Source: Craspedostauros australis (taxonomy: Eukaryota). From it: 64,000 nt of DNA. The notes below the pieces were generated by a model. It was given only the letters and a program-made list of their open reading frames with translations, searched no databases and was not told where the DNA came from. The stretch spans positions 1 to 64,000 of the forward strand of contig JALAGF010001309.1 in the NCBI GenBank assembly GCA_030167865.1, in the 5' to 3' direction. The translations under genes and the position numbers were made by a program. Below, piece after piece: positions 46,446-59,373 of this stretch (its first letter is position 1; each line of letters starts with the position of its first letter).

Positions 46446-49400
46446 CAACAACTTCTCGCCTATATGTTCCTCCTTGCACGCACCGTACTCACCATGTCAC
46501 GTTCTGAATTCGCCTGTGTTGCACCTTTCAACAAAACACCATCTAACACAACATGCCGCAAACATCGATCGACAGATATGCAATGGGCGGACCCAGCATC
46601 GCTGGATGTTGTCACCTTCCTGTGGAGCAACAAGTCCATGCAGCACTTCATGGGCATCGGTTGCTACCGTCTCGATGAGATCTCCATGCCATCGCCGACG
46701 GGACAGCAGCATCCGCTCATCACCAAATGCTGGAGGGTCATTGAGCAGAACCGCCCGGTGGCCACCATCCATCAGATGGAGGTGCTCAATTTGAAGCGGC
46801 AGCCCTACTACCAGCTCATCACCCACCTCCTCGACGGGAAGGCACCGCCATCGCCACGATCCAGCACCAACGAAACCAGCAAGCAGAAGGAGTACTACGG
46901 ATCCATCTGCCGATTCCTCTACGATCAGACCAAGGGGAACATGTTCTTCACGCAGCAGATGCTCGATGAACTGCAACGCAAGAACCTGCTCTACAGGCAA
47001 CCCGATGGCAAATGGAAATGGGATTTGGCGTCCATGATCCCGCAGACCGGCGCCGCTGGGGTATCGCCTGGTCAGGTCTCAAGGACCGTCCAGGAATCCC
47101 TCCTTTCCAAGATCTTCGCATTGCCCCGAAAGCTGCAGCACATCCTCAAGATCATGGCGTACACCCGCTCCACGATGGATATTGACACCATGCTCGCACT
47201 GGTGCGACTCGCCAAGCGCGTGGAAGACGAGAAACAGGATGCTGGTGTGAGTGCGCATAGCGACGTCGACGTTGACGTCAAGCTCAGTCATGCAGAATTG
47301 GAGGAGCTGCTGGCGGAAGATCCACACAGCGAGAGGCTGTTGCTGGAAGTGCTGGATACTGCCGTGCTGGAAGGCCTCCTGATCAACCACATGGGATCCA
47401 AACGTTACAGCTTTGCGCACACCACCATCCAGGAGGCAGCCTGCCAGCTGATCTCGCCAGGTCAACCACGCGAGGCCTACCGACTGTCGCTGGCGAAGCA
47501 AATGCACGTGCTGGCGCAGTACAGCCAAGAAGATTGGATGCTGTACGTTGCCGCGGACCTGTTCAATTCCACATCCGAATACCAAGTCCAACGACACAAG
47601 CACATGAGCAAGCAAATAAGCAAGCAGAAGAACAACAAGACCACCTTGAGCCATGGCCAGCGGGACCTGTACGTGCATCTCGCAACGGTCAACGTGGAGG
47701 CTGGCGCAAAGGCGGAGGTCGTCGGTGCCTACGAGCAGGCGGCGAAGTACTTGAAGATCGCATCGCTGAACGTCGACCGTGTTGGCGGTGCTGATGACAT
47801 TTGGAAGAATCATTACGACTTGGCCCTGCGGCTGAACCGGTGCAAGGCAGACGTGGAGCTCATGCTGGGGCATTTCGATACGGGGCGATTACATGGGCAG
47901 CAGGTCATCGATCATGCCACGACTCTGGAGGAGCAAATGCCAACCTATATCTCCCTGGCCCTGGCGTTGAGCCGGCAGGAACAGCACGCTCGTGCCATGG
48001 CCTTGTGCCAAACAGCCTTGTTCGTGCTGGGAGCGTACCCCAAACGATTCTACGTATGGTGTATCGTCCGTGACCTGATGGCGGTGCGTGGATTCATGCG
48101 GCGGAACAGCAACGACGATATTGTGAAGCTGCCTTCGGCTGATCCGGCGCTGGGATTGGAGACGAAGCTCACCTTCTTGGGTTTGCTCGCCACCCAGGCG
48201 TTCTATTGCGACAACATCATCCAGTTCCTGGTGGCGGCTATGACCGCGATGCGGCTGACGATGAAGCACGGTCTGTGCAATCACTCCTCGCAGTGCTTCA
48301 CCATGTACGCCATGATCCTGAGCAAGCAGAATGATCGCAAGGGTGCCATGCGATGCCAAGCGCTTGCACTCAAGGTGCTCGAAGCGACCAACGGCACCCA
48401 CTTGAAGTCCAACACGCTGTTCGTCAATTCTCACTGGATCGATTCCTGGTCCGCATCTCATGAGGAGACGCTCAGGATGTACCGCGAGGGCCACAAGTCC
48501 GGCATGGAGATGGGCGACTTTGAGAATGCCTTCCTGAACTCGTTCGGGATCAATCATCACGCCCACGCATCGGGGTATCCGCTGGCGGACGTGGAACGCA
48601 CCGGAGCAGACCTCATGGAACAGCTCGAGCTCTACAGCATCAAGTCGATCGCCGTCATGATGAAGCAGGCCAGAGTGCCTGTGCGCTACCTCATCCGACC
48701 CAACAAGTCCATCAACTGGGACCGCTTGGAGGAGTTCGGCTCCGATGGTCCTGTCATCAAGTCATCCGAAAACTACCGCCTTCTCTTCGGTTACCTCGGC
48801 AGGCTGGAGCTAGGTGTCATCTTCGGCAACTACGAGTTCGCCTACGACATGTCACAGAAGCTGAAGCTCATCCTGCCGAAGGATGATGCGTACGTCGTAC
48901 TGAGCATGCGCCTCATGTATTCCAGCATCGCGGCGTCAGGCATGACGCGCAGAACTGGTTCCATGAAGTACGTGAGGCAGGCACGCCGGCTGGCAAGGCG
49001 CATGAAGACCATGGTTGGTTCGCGTGGAACGAACAGTCTCCATCGCTACTTCATCATGTTGGCAGACATCAAGGCAGCCAGCAAGAAGGCGGACGCTGCC
49101 GTCGAACAGGCCTTCCGCAAGGCCATCGAGTATTCGTTGGAGGTGGATCACACTCACGATGCTGCGCTGGCACACGAACTGGCGGCGGACTACTACAGGT
49201 CTCGCATCACGCACATGCAAGTCAAGAAGAGGAGACCGACGTCGGGCCAGAAAGGCGCGAATGCTGTCATCGCCAAGATCGAGAAAAACATCTCCCACCA
49301 CCTCACGCAAGCTCGAGATTTGTATTCGCAATGGGGCGCCGAAGCGAAGGTCCGACAAATCGAATCGATGCACAAGAAGTTCCTGAAGAAGATGCTGGCA

Positions 49401-49601
49401 ACCCAAACCGACTCGACGGGCGCCGATCCCACCGACGACATCTCATTCTTCTCCCACCACAACCCATCCTCCAGAGACCTGGACCTCATCTCAACGGTCA
49501 GCAAGCCCATCACGAAGGGCATGCAACTGCCTGCCGCACAACAACTCGCGACAGCAGACGAAGAGGAGGGCATTGAAGTGGTGAACTTCGATCGTGAATA
49601 G
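44768..49601 (+). CDS. STAND-class (AAA_16-like) P-loop protein with a TPR-like helical C-terminus; exons 44768-46343, 46576-49601 (1533 aa)
   Basis: LRGRDKEL, Walker A-like GDSGAGKH, and a phase-1 intron (GTGAGT..CAG) that restores Walker B IMYLD-D-MQWAD. IGCYR, T.GN.FF and Y.FAH..IQEAA follow, then long helical repeats ending A.D.Y..WGA.AKV. This resembles the core of bacterial kinase-AAA-sensor proteins. Confidence 0.88.
46413..46445. repeat. (TGT)n microsatellite inside the intron of the STAND gene
   Basis: Read directly; it lies between the donor at 46344 and the acceptor at 46575. Confidence 0.9.
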
Positions 49602-50897
49602 ACCGTCGCTTCGATGTACGAGCACGAGCAGTGATGGCAACCGACACCGCAACAACAGACCACGAGGTCTGCCAGAACCTTCATGTTTTTTCATATCCCC
49701 TTGCTGATCAAAGTATGGGTAGATCGTGATTGAATTAATCTTTAATGTATAAAATGTTATTGTCCGTACCTACGATTATGTTCTATAATAGTATTATTGA
49801 ATATTATGTAATACCTCAATTATATCTCAAAGTGGCATGTGTTGTGGTGGCCCCTCTCTTGTCTGTGTCGTTGACTCCCTGGGCATCAGCACCGATGCAT
49901 TCAGCTGAATGAAGGATTTCATGTCAACAAATACAACACCATGATCAGCCCCCAATTAACACGCATTCGATATTCACGCACGTTGACTATCGTATCTGTC
50001 AGCTAACAAGTGCTTGGTTCCTTCGCTTCGACCTCATCCCTCTATGAAGAAAGAGTTGAGCAACAAATTGGGCCATAATAGTACCTCGGACACGTGTAGC
50101 ATCCGGTCTAGCCTCCCCTGCAACTCTACCCGATCATCGCTCGCCGTTTTGGTGGATGACGAAGAAGGTATCTTTGGTGGGGTGTGCATCAATCCCGGAT
50201 GTCAGATCATTCACGAACAGAAAGATCTCACGAATGGTCATCGGAACAGTCTCAGTCATCAAAGGCCTTGGTCATCACCGCGACAGATGCCGCTGGTTGT
50301 GCCTCCCTCGCTGTTGTTTCGTGTGGTGTTGTGATGTCCCTCGCTTTCTCACGGTTTGATTTTGTGGAGCAAGAAAAAGACCACGATCACGAGCATTCCG
50401 AGGGGGAGGTGCGGCGCGGAAGACGCTCTCTTGTCGTTCCGCCGTAGCTGCCCTCTCCCTCGTGCTTCTCCTCCGCGTCGGGATCCACCAAGAGAGGCGG
50501 CAAGGAAAGGAAAAGATCCTTTTTTTCGGTCACAAAGATAAATCCGCACTTGCGCACCGCGAAGACGCTGCGACTTCCCGACCGGCTCCCTTCCTTTTCT
50601 CACACTGCGCTTGCCAGCACTAACACGAGTACTCGAAGCGACCGAACACAATCAGATCAGGTGCCCACCTTCCTGGACATTTGTCATCTCATCCAGAGCT
50701 CATCGTGACCCGCACCAAGGGAATCACAACATCACCACCAACCCACAGCGCATAATTCGAACCCACCACTCAGGGCAAGGACCAAACACCAAAGGACCAC
50801 CACCCACAAACGCAGCGAGCCTTCCATTGAGTGACGGCAGCAGCTACATCAGCCACAACAGCAGCAACCAAGAAACCATCCACGTGAAGCAGACACA

Positions 50898-53800
50898 ATG
50901 GGCAAGAAAAAGGCCGCCTTCGTCTTCCTGAAGGATCCAGAGAATGCCTGGATCCCAGCCAAGCTCACCAAGAGCAGCGGCAACGTCGCCGATGTCCAGA
51001 TCCCGCAGTACGCCGACGAGCAGTCCACGATCTGCGATGGTGGTAAGAGCGCCAAGAAGTGGATCGAAGCCGAGGTCGACCTCAGCGACTACAACCGCGG
51101 TGTCCTTCCAATGCAGAATGTCGACGAGGCTGGCAACATGCAGGCATTCCCGGACATGGTCAACTTGCCCTTCTTGCATGAGGTACGTGATGATGACGGC
51201 AACATCGAAGACTGTGATGAGTGATGAGTGATGATGAGAGTCAATGGTCGGCTGTTAGCAATGAGTGGGGATGTGAGGTGATGTTGAGTGATGTGTGGCG
51301 ACATGACTGGATGACCGCTGCACAATGGATGCCTTCGCCGTCTCAAAGCACACTGTCATACGAACCCAGGCAGAGCAGAGTATATTGTCTTGGATCCGAC
51401 TGGACTGATGAGTTGGATGGGATGAATGCGGATGTGAACATCAACATGAGTTTAGAAATGACCGCTGCTGCTTGATGCTCTGTGTCCTGAGGTGCTCAAT
51501 GCACAACTTCCTTTGCGTACACACAAGCCATGAACCACTCCTTGCCTCATCTCCATCACGCTCTCATGTTTGTTCATGCGTTCACGTGTTCATGACACAT
51601 GGTACCATGCTCGACTACGCTCCACTCCACGCGTTTCACGCACTTCACGCACTCCACACACTCCACTCTGCTACTCTACCTACAGGCCGCCATCCTCTAC
51701 AACTTGAAGGAGCGTCACTTGAACAACCACCCGTACACCCGTACCGGTGACATCGTCATCGCCGTCAACCCGTTCCAGTGGTTCAAGGAGATTTACACCG
51801 AGAAGGTCCGTGCCCGATTCGCGAACAAGCTCGTCTGGGAGGACCACGAGGGTGATGCCCGCGTCTTGGTGGAGCCGCACGTGTACGAAGCCTCTTCCCT
51901 GGCCTACAAGGGTTTGGCCTTCGAGGGCAGCGATCAGTCCATCCTGGTGTCCGGAGAGTCCGGTGCAGGAAAGACAGAGACCGTCAAGATCTGCATGAAC
52001 CACATCGCCTCGGTGCAGCGTGGACCAACCAGCGACGCCGACGGCGGCGCCAAATTCTCCGATCCCATCGTCCAGCGTATCATGGAGTCCAACCCGTTGC
52101 TCGAGGCCTTCGGTAACGCCAAGACCCGCCGTAACGACAACTCCTCCCGCTTCGGAAAGTACACCCAGCTCCAGTTCGACATGGGCGACAAGAGCAGCAA
52201 GGCCTTCGCCACCGACAAGGCATCTCGCAAGTGCAACCTCGCCGGTTCCAAGTGCGAGGTCTACCTCCTCGAGAAGAATCGCGTCACCACCCACGACACC
52301 ACCGAGCGTACCTACCACTCCTTCTACCAGCTTCTGGCCGCCCCAGAGAACGAGAAGGTCGAGATCTGGTCCGAGCTCAAGGGCACCAACTACGAATCCT
52401 TCGCCTACATCGGTACCCCACCCACCGACGTCATCGAAGGCAAGAAGGACGGCGACCACTGGCACACGACCTTGGAGATTCTCGACACCATCAACGTCAA
52501 GGGCAACGACCGCCGCGACCTGATGCGCGCCATGTGCATCGTGCTGCAGCTCGGTAACGTCTCCTTCATGAAGGACCCCAACGACGACGACCGTTCCGTC
52601 GTCAAGGATCGCAAGGAATTCGACAAGCTCGCCGCGCTCATGGGAGTCACCAACCAGGATCTCGTCGACTGCTTGACCGAGCGTACCATGAAGACCCGCA
52701 ACGAATCCTACAAGGTGCCACTGAACGCCGATGTCGCCAAGGAATCCGCCGACGCCTTCGCCAAGGAGATCTACTCCAAGCTCTTCCTCTGGCTCGTGCG
52801 CGCCTTGAACGACGCCACCTGCGCCGAGCTCAACTACGAGGGCGGCATGGACAAGCACTTCGGTGTCATCGGACTCCTCGATATCTTCGGTTTCGAGTCC
52901 TTCGTCCGCAACCGCTTCGAGCAGCTCTGTATCAACTACGCCAACGAGAAGCTCCAGGCCAAGTTCACTGAGGATATCTTCCGCTCCGTCCAGGAGGAGT
53001 ACGAGTTCGAGGGCATCCCGCTCGACGAGATCAAGTACGATGACAACACCGATGTGCTGGACCTCATCGAAGGTAAGGCAGGACTTCTCGCCATGCTCAA
53101 CGAGGAGTGCGTCCGTCCAAAGGGTGGCGACGATGCCTTCGTCGCCAAGGCTCTCGCCGCCAACAAGAAGAGCCCATGTCTCATTGCCTCCAAGACCAAC
53201 CGTCGCGAGTTCGGTATCCACCACTACGCCGGAAAGGTCATGTACGACGCCGAGGGCTTCGTCGGATCCAACGTCGACACCCTCCCAACCGACCTTGGAG
53301 AGTGCGCCGCCAAGAGTAACAACGAGATCATCTGCAAGCATCTCAACAACGACAAGAGCACCAACCTCACCAAGGCCCCAACCCCAGGCGCAGCCAAGAA
53401 GGCCCCACGCCGTGCCAAGTCCAACCTCGTGGCCGCCACAGTGTGGACCAAGTACAAGAGCCAGCTCATGTCGCTCATGAATATGCTTGCCCAGACCAAC
53501 TCCCGATACATCCGTTGCATCAAGCCAAACACCTACAAGAAACCATCCATCATGCAGCACTTGAGCACCATTGAGCAGCTCCGATGTGCCGGAGTCGTGG
53601 CCGCCGTGACCCTGTCGCGTTCGGCCTTCCCCAACAGATTGGAGAACTCCGTTGTCCGATTCCGCTTCTCGGCCATGTGGGACCGCAGCAAGTACCCAAG
53701 CAAGGGAACCAAGGCCATGGCCCCGGAGGAGAAGCTCAGCCACGACTGCGAGGCCCTCCTCACTTCCGCCCTCAAGCCCAAGGAGGAGCAGGAAGGTGGC

Positions 53801-54943
53801 AAGGCCGTGCGTGCCTTCGTCACCGGTAAGACCCGCTCCTACTTCCGTATGGGTGCGCTCGAATACCTCGAAGGTAACCGCACCAAGGAGATGGGTACCC
53901 AGGCCGTCTCCATCCAACGCCACGTCCGTGGTTGGTTGGTGCGCAAGAAGACCCAGCAGGCCGGAAACATCCGCCGCAAGGCCGCCAAGGTCATCCAGAA
54001 ATGGTACCGCAACATCAAGAACGGCCGCGAGGCCATGGAGGCGGCCCGCAAGAAGCGCAAGGCCATGAAGAAGAAGCTGGAGCGCGAAGAGAAGGCACGC
54101 AAGAAGGCCGAGGAGAAGGCTCGCAAGGCCCGCGAAGCTCGTCTCGCCAAGGAGAAGGCCGAGCGCGATGCTCGCCTTGCCAAGGAGAAGGCTGCGGAGG
54201 AGGCCCGTCTGGCAAAGGAGAAGGCAGCCAGAGACAAGCGTGAAAAGAAGGAGAAGGAGGAGAAGGACAAGTTCGAGAAGGGCAAGAAGAAGAAGATGGA
54301 CAAGTTCAAGAAGGAGATCAAGAAGATGGAGAAGGAGCTTGACGACAAGGGCAAGCGATGGGATTCCGAGATCGATGATGTCGAGAAGGAGGCCGAGCAA
54401 GCCGAGCGTGAACTCGATGAGGTCCGCGACCAGATCGCTGCCGAGGAGGCCAAGATCGCCGCCATCCCGCAGCTGTCCGACAAGGAACGCAAGAAGCTCG
54501 AGGACAGCAGCCAGATCATCGCTTACCTGAGAAAGGAGAACAAGAAGATGCGCGCCAGCACCACGCAGTTCCGCAAGGACTTCGACATCATGCAGGAGAA
54601 CAACAAGCGTCTCCTCGAGGCCAACGCCTACGCCGGTGCCTCGTTCGAGGCCTTGAACGAAAAGTCCAAGAAGAACAACAGCAACAACTCGAAGCTGATG
54701 CAGAACCTGGACAAGTACAAGAAGCAGAACGCCAAGCTGAAGGAGGATCTGCGAATGCGCCAAGGATACTACGACGCCGAGGCCAAGATCCGCGTCGACT
54801 ACCAGAAGGCCATGTCAGAGATCATGGAACTCATCCAGGATCGATGCGACGACGCGCAGCTCACAGAGGACATTCTCGTGCTTGCCCTTGAGTGCGAATC
54901 AGAAGCCAAGAGCGAGCTTGCCGCTGCCGAATCCGTAGCTTAG
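50898..54943 (+). CDS. Myosin heavy chain (motor, 2 IQ, charged helix/coiled-coil tail); exons 50898-51182, 51686-54943 (1180 aa)
   Basis: A phase-0 intron joins DMVNLPFLHE-AAILYNLKER. Motifs: P-loop GESGAGKT, switch I NDNSSRFGK, switch II DIFGFE, EQLCINYANEKLQ, YIRCIKPN, and IQ motifs IQRHVRGW and IQKWYR. Third positions are strongly C/G-biased. Confidence 0.97.
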
Positions 54944-55927
54944 AGTTCATGGGACGCCACCGCGCAGCGCTTGTGCGTGACTGCGCGAGTGCGTTTGTGC
55001 TGCAGGAGGATGGGGCAGCGAAATATCTGCATGCTGAATGGCGCCATCAACTCTCAACTTTCGACTTTAACAGAAACGGCTCAGCACGAACCCAAACACA
55101 GCCAACAGCAACGACAACGACAACAACAGCAGAACTCTACCATAATACTACTATGCCTCGCCAAGGAGGCAAGACGAAAATGAATTTGACAGTTTGCATT
55201 AACAAATACCAACTTGTGTCGTTGATTGCTCGTCTCGCATTGGTGATGCTGTGTCTTGGCGCTTCGTGCCTCCTTCACGCGTGATGCCCGTTCAATGGCT
55301 CGTCACGTCACCAAGCATGGTACGCGTACGACTATGTACGGGTATGGCATGGTGTTGTTACCGCTGGGCGGTCGTGTCTCCGCAGCAGTTCTCGATTTCC
55401 GATCCACCAAGAGCCAGGCACTGCGCACGCAGCTGAGCCTGCTCAGCAGCGAGGTTCCCATGAGTGCCCGCTGGCCAAACCCAAGATTCCGCCGTTGCTG
55501 AGAAACTGCATGGCAACAGAAGGGTGCCAAGTCTTCTACGAACGCGAAGGCAAAGCAAAGGCAAACGAAAGTGCGAGGGCAATTGTAAGCACGGCCACGT
55601 GCCCATGAGTGCTGTTCGTGCTTTGTGGGGGTTGTGCTGCCGGTTCACTTGGAGTATCCATCAGCATGCATGGTACTAGTAGGGTGGCAGCATTAAAGGT
55701 TTGCTATTACGATTGTTCTTCTTGCATCTTGCGAATGTCGGTAGTGTTTCCTGGAATGCTTGCAGGAGCCAATCTCTGCATCACCCCTCGAATGGCAGGC
55801 ATGTCATGTTTCACACGAGCACTTCGTGATTGATACATCCACACACCGATTGTTGTTGCTTCCCTCCCCCCTGGTTTGCGAATGCCGCGCACGTCATCGC
55901 GGCATCTTGCGGAGGGGGTGGAAGAAT

Positions 55928-56755
55928 TCACACACAGATCGTGGCCTCCTGCAATGCTTCTTGCTGCTTCTTCAATTCCTGACGCCGTCCCTCCAACAGA
56001 ACGAGCTGCAGATCCGAGTATCCCACAGCAAGCAGCTGCTGTCTGCGTTCTTGTGCGGACGTGGGTGACATCTTTTGGGATCCGTGCTGCTCCTTATTCT
56101 GCTTGCGGCAGCGCAGCTCATAGCGATCGATGCTGGCATACGTGGAATTGTCTTCGACGATATCCCAACCAAGCGCGACGGGGCAATCTGGCTTGACGTG
56201 CTCGCCATGCACGATTTCGTGGGTACGGACCGAAACCGTGGAGAACGAGACCGATTTGCTGACAGATGTCACTGTTGACGCCGATGAGCATGTCAGTGTG
56301 GAAATCGAGCTATCGAGATCCACTGAGACGCTGCGTCTGCTGCGATTGCTGGTGTTGGCGATGCTCACAGTGGCGCCGGATGAAGTTGTTTGACCTGATG
56401 TGACCGAAAGCATGTCATCGGTGTCATACTCTTCAGTGTCATCAGTGTCATCAGTGTCATCGTTGTTGGTGGATTCATCGTCGAAGGGCAATCGTCCGTT
56501 CAGGAGCGATTGTGGGAGGACGCCGAGCGACCTTGATTCTGTCTGATGGGTTGGTGATCGGATGGATGTCTTGTCGGCCAAGCAGTCGGGTTCTGGGCCT
56601 GGGCGTCTGATGAAGCGAGACACGACGGTTTTGCTGGCTGCGTTGCTGGTTACGTTGCGAGTTGCCTTGCTGAATGGAGAAGGAGATATTCTGGGCAAGT
56701 CCGCACGGTCTGGCAATTGTGCTGCAGACGAATTCAGGAAGAGATGGGCCACCAT
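55928..56755 (-). CDS. Ser/Thr-rich protein with a KSVxF...LGW...YE domain (diatom-type family with an RVxF-like motif), 275 aa
   Basis: The C-terminal block KSVSFSTVSVRTHEIVHGEH....CPVALGWD....SIDRYE..R....ERRQ.L...GYS follows a disordered S/T/D-rich region. Confidence 0.75.
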   Translation of the reverse strand: MVAHLFLNSSAAQLPDRADLPRISPSPFSKATRNVTSNAASKTVVSRFIRRPGPEPDCLADKTSIRSPTHQTESRSLGVLPQSLLNGRLPFDDESTNNDDTDDTDDTEEYDTDDMLSVTSGQTTSSGATVSIANTSNRSRRSVSVDLDSSISTLTCSSASTVTSVSKSVSFSTVSVRTHEIVHGEHVKPDCPVALGWDIVEDNSTYASIDRYELRCRKQNKEQHGSQKMSPTSAQERRQQLLAVGYSDLQLVLLEGRRQELKKQQEALQEATICV

Positions 56756-59373
56756 GGTTGTTGTTGCTGTTGACGTTGTTGTTGTTGCTGTTGTTGCTGT
56801 TGCGAATGAGCGCGTTGGTTTGATGATAGTCGGCGATTGGCTGCTGGGCGGTTGTATTGGTACTTTTGCGTGTTGTCAATGTGTGAGCTTGATTGGTGAT
56901 TTGGTTGATTGGTTGTTTGGCTGTTGGTTGATCGATTGATTGATTTTATGAGCAAGTGGGCTCATCAATCGATGAGCTGTCTTGGTTGTTCTGTCATTCT
57001 GTGAATTTGGTTGGTTATCTGTGGATGTGCGTCTCAGAACATAGTCTTGGCATGAAGTGCGTGGATGATGGCATCGTACGAGGCGAAATGATGATGATTT
57101 TGTGATGGAGAATTGGCGAGTCAATCCACGTTAACTCCCTCTTGTGATCTTCGCTTCGTTCTTTGGCACAGAGTTGCTTGTTGATTTTCGCGTCCAAAAA
57201 CTGCATACACGTATCGTACCGTGTGAGTTGTTCGTCGTCACTGGTTCGTTTTCATCACGCGGCCCGTTTTGTTCCTGGCAACCACGACACGCGTGTGAGC
57301 GTGGGGAAACAATTTGATTGACTGCCGTTGTTGCTGCTTTTGATGATGATGGTGCTGATAATAATCACATTGCTGCCGCTTCGTTCACGTTGGAACATCC
57401 GAGCCATGATCCAGAGGCCTGATGAGCGAACGAGGATCGATGGACGAATCGCTATTGAGTCGAACACTCGCGGAGTGCTCCGAACCGGTTGTGATGGACA
57501 GATTGATGAACGAGAATCGACGCAAAAGATTCGAGCTTCATTCGCGGGCGCCGCCAAGTGCGATCGGCGCAGCCAAGGGGAGGCTCGACCGCATGGTGGG
57601 CGTTGCTCTCACCGTCTCTGCTCGTATCGCCATGTTTGTGTCGCCGCTCACTCGCACCCCTTGCTCCTGGTATGAATCACGAGAGCGTCACATCGCCTAT
57701 CTCCCGACAACGAAGAGGTGGAAAGCCAAACCCGTGACAGTCGTGGCTGGGCTATTCGTTTCTTGCGAAATTGTGTGTGACCGAGGACTCCAGCGAGTGA
57801 ATCTGTTGGGACAGATTGGATCGGGACCGTTTCGATTCGATTCGCATTGCGGCTGCGGCTGCGGCTGGTACTGTGCAATGATTCATTCAGTCGGAGATCA
57901 ACGCAATACCGCCGGATGCGAGCGAGGCGATGTCGGCAGGCTTATCATAGATCGTATCTTAGACTGCTAGTATTGCTATGCGAGAGTGCGTCGTGGAAGC
58001 AGAAGCCAATAGGGAAGGCGAGGTTGAAGCTGAACAGCCAATGCAAGATCTCACGCACAGGGATGAGCTATTCTGTTGGCAGCTATTCCGAAAGGTCTCT
58101 CTCTCTCTTCAGAGAGATTCCTTGCAACGGATGTGCAAGTGATGCTCCATCACGTCTCGCACAATAATCACCGTCGCTCCTACCACTGCTGTTGCATTCG
58201 ACGCATTTGCTCTGCTCTAGAGTGTACTCTCGGCATTGGGATCGAGGATGATTCGCTCTTGATCTTGGTACTGGTAGATAGGCGACATCTGTCGTGTGAT
58301 TCGTGCGCTTTGGGCATGGCGTGGAACCAGAGGTGTGGCTGTGTGGATGATCAGGCCGATGATGCAACGAAGCAAGAAGAAGCCTGTTCTCCATTGGAGA
58401 TCCTGCCTCGAAAGTGAGTCGGAGTAGACCGTCCAGGACGAACAGGACAATGAGACCCTCCGGAGACGACACCCAATGACAGTACAGGTGAAGAGAAACC
58501 TGTGAGTCTGCATTCCAACACAGGCATAACTCGAACAGCAAAATAGATTCTCAGACCAAGACCAACAACAAAGGCACCATGTGACTGCATGGTCGATAAA
58601 CCGGTTGATTGGTTCTTTGCATTGCTGGAAGGAAACATGGTTGGCTGGTTAGTCGCATGCTTAGTCGCATGGTTGATCCGTTGATTGGTGGGCAGCAACC
58701 TGTTGGTTCTTCTCTACTATACTCGCAGAGAGATAGCGCACTAGTAGCCTGTCATGCATCATCTCTTGATAAATTAGATTGTGCAATTTCCCCTTTCATT
58801 TCGTTGGGACACATTTCTCAACATACGAAAATGATTCTGTTTCAGCACATAGGTATTTACTAAGATGTAATATGAATCCATGTGGTCGACTTAACGGTCA
58901 ACTTTCACATCTTGATCTCTTTGGCTCGTCGCTTTCGCATGAGTTTGTGACTGGATCCGCCACGAGAGGAACCATTTCGCCAACGACAAGATCGTCTGTC
59001 TCTGCCGTTTCACACTCCGACGAATGCAATGCAATGCAACGCGCCTCACAACTTTGGAACTGAAAATTGTTTCGAAGGAGGCCAAAGATAGCAAAGAGAG
59101 AGAGAGAGACTCCAATCGGTGAATTTGCACCTCGCACCTCAATCCACACGCACGTAGGAGGGCGTTCACAAACAGAATTTGTGAAACGCAACGGCAAACA
59201 GAGCGCAAACGCAGGTGGGAAACAGAGTCTGAGAAATATTGACCACAAACCCAAGTTCAAGTCAGCTGTTTGCAAGTCAGCTGTTTGCAAGCCACAGACA
59301 CAGGCAGAGGTCAAACAGAGGTCGAGCAGAGGTCACATACCATAACAAATACAAACGCTGCTGCATCGAAAAC

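Noticed and set aside
49730-49830. Strongly AT-rich island considered as a centromere-like element
   Set aside because: Only about 100 bp long and directly downstream of the STAND gene stop, so it is more simply a 3' UTR or termination region.
51185-51300. Repeated TGATGA words in the myosin intron considered as a box C/D snoRNA
   Set aside because: They form a degenerate (GTGATGA)n simple repeat; I could not identify a terminal stem or a guide sequence.
51680-54763. 1027-aa ORF antisense to the myosin
   Set aside because: It lies in codon register opposite a strongly biased gene; avoidance of TTA/CTA/TCA on the sense strand removes antisense stops. Its L/G/V-rich translation has no recognisable motifs.
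59258-59291. 15-bp direct duplication (GTCAGCTGTTTGCAA x2) upstream of the polyamine fusion
   Set aside because: A single local duplication that I did not see elsewhere in the window; insufficient evidence for a regulatory role.
57000-59300. Many short ORFs in the long intergenic region
   Set aside because: No motifs, no consistent codon bias and no splice-consistent model found.
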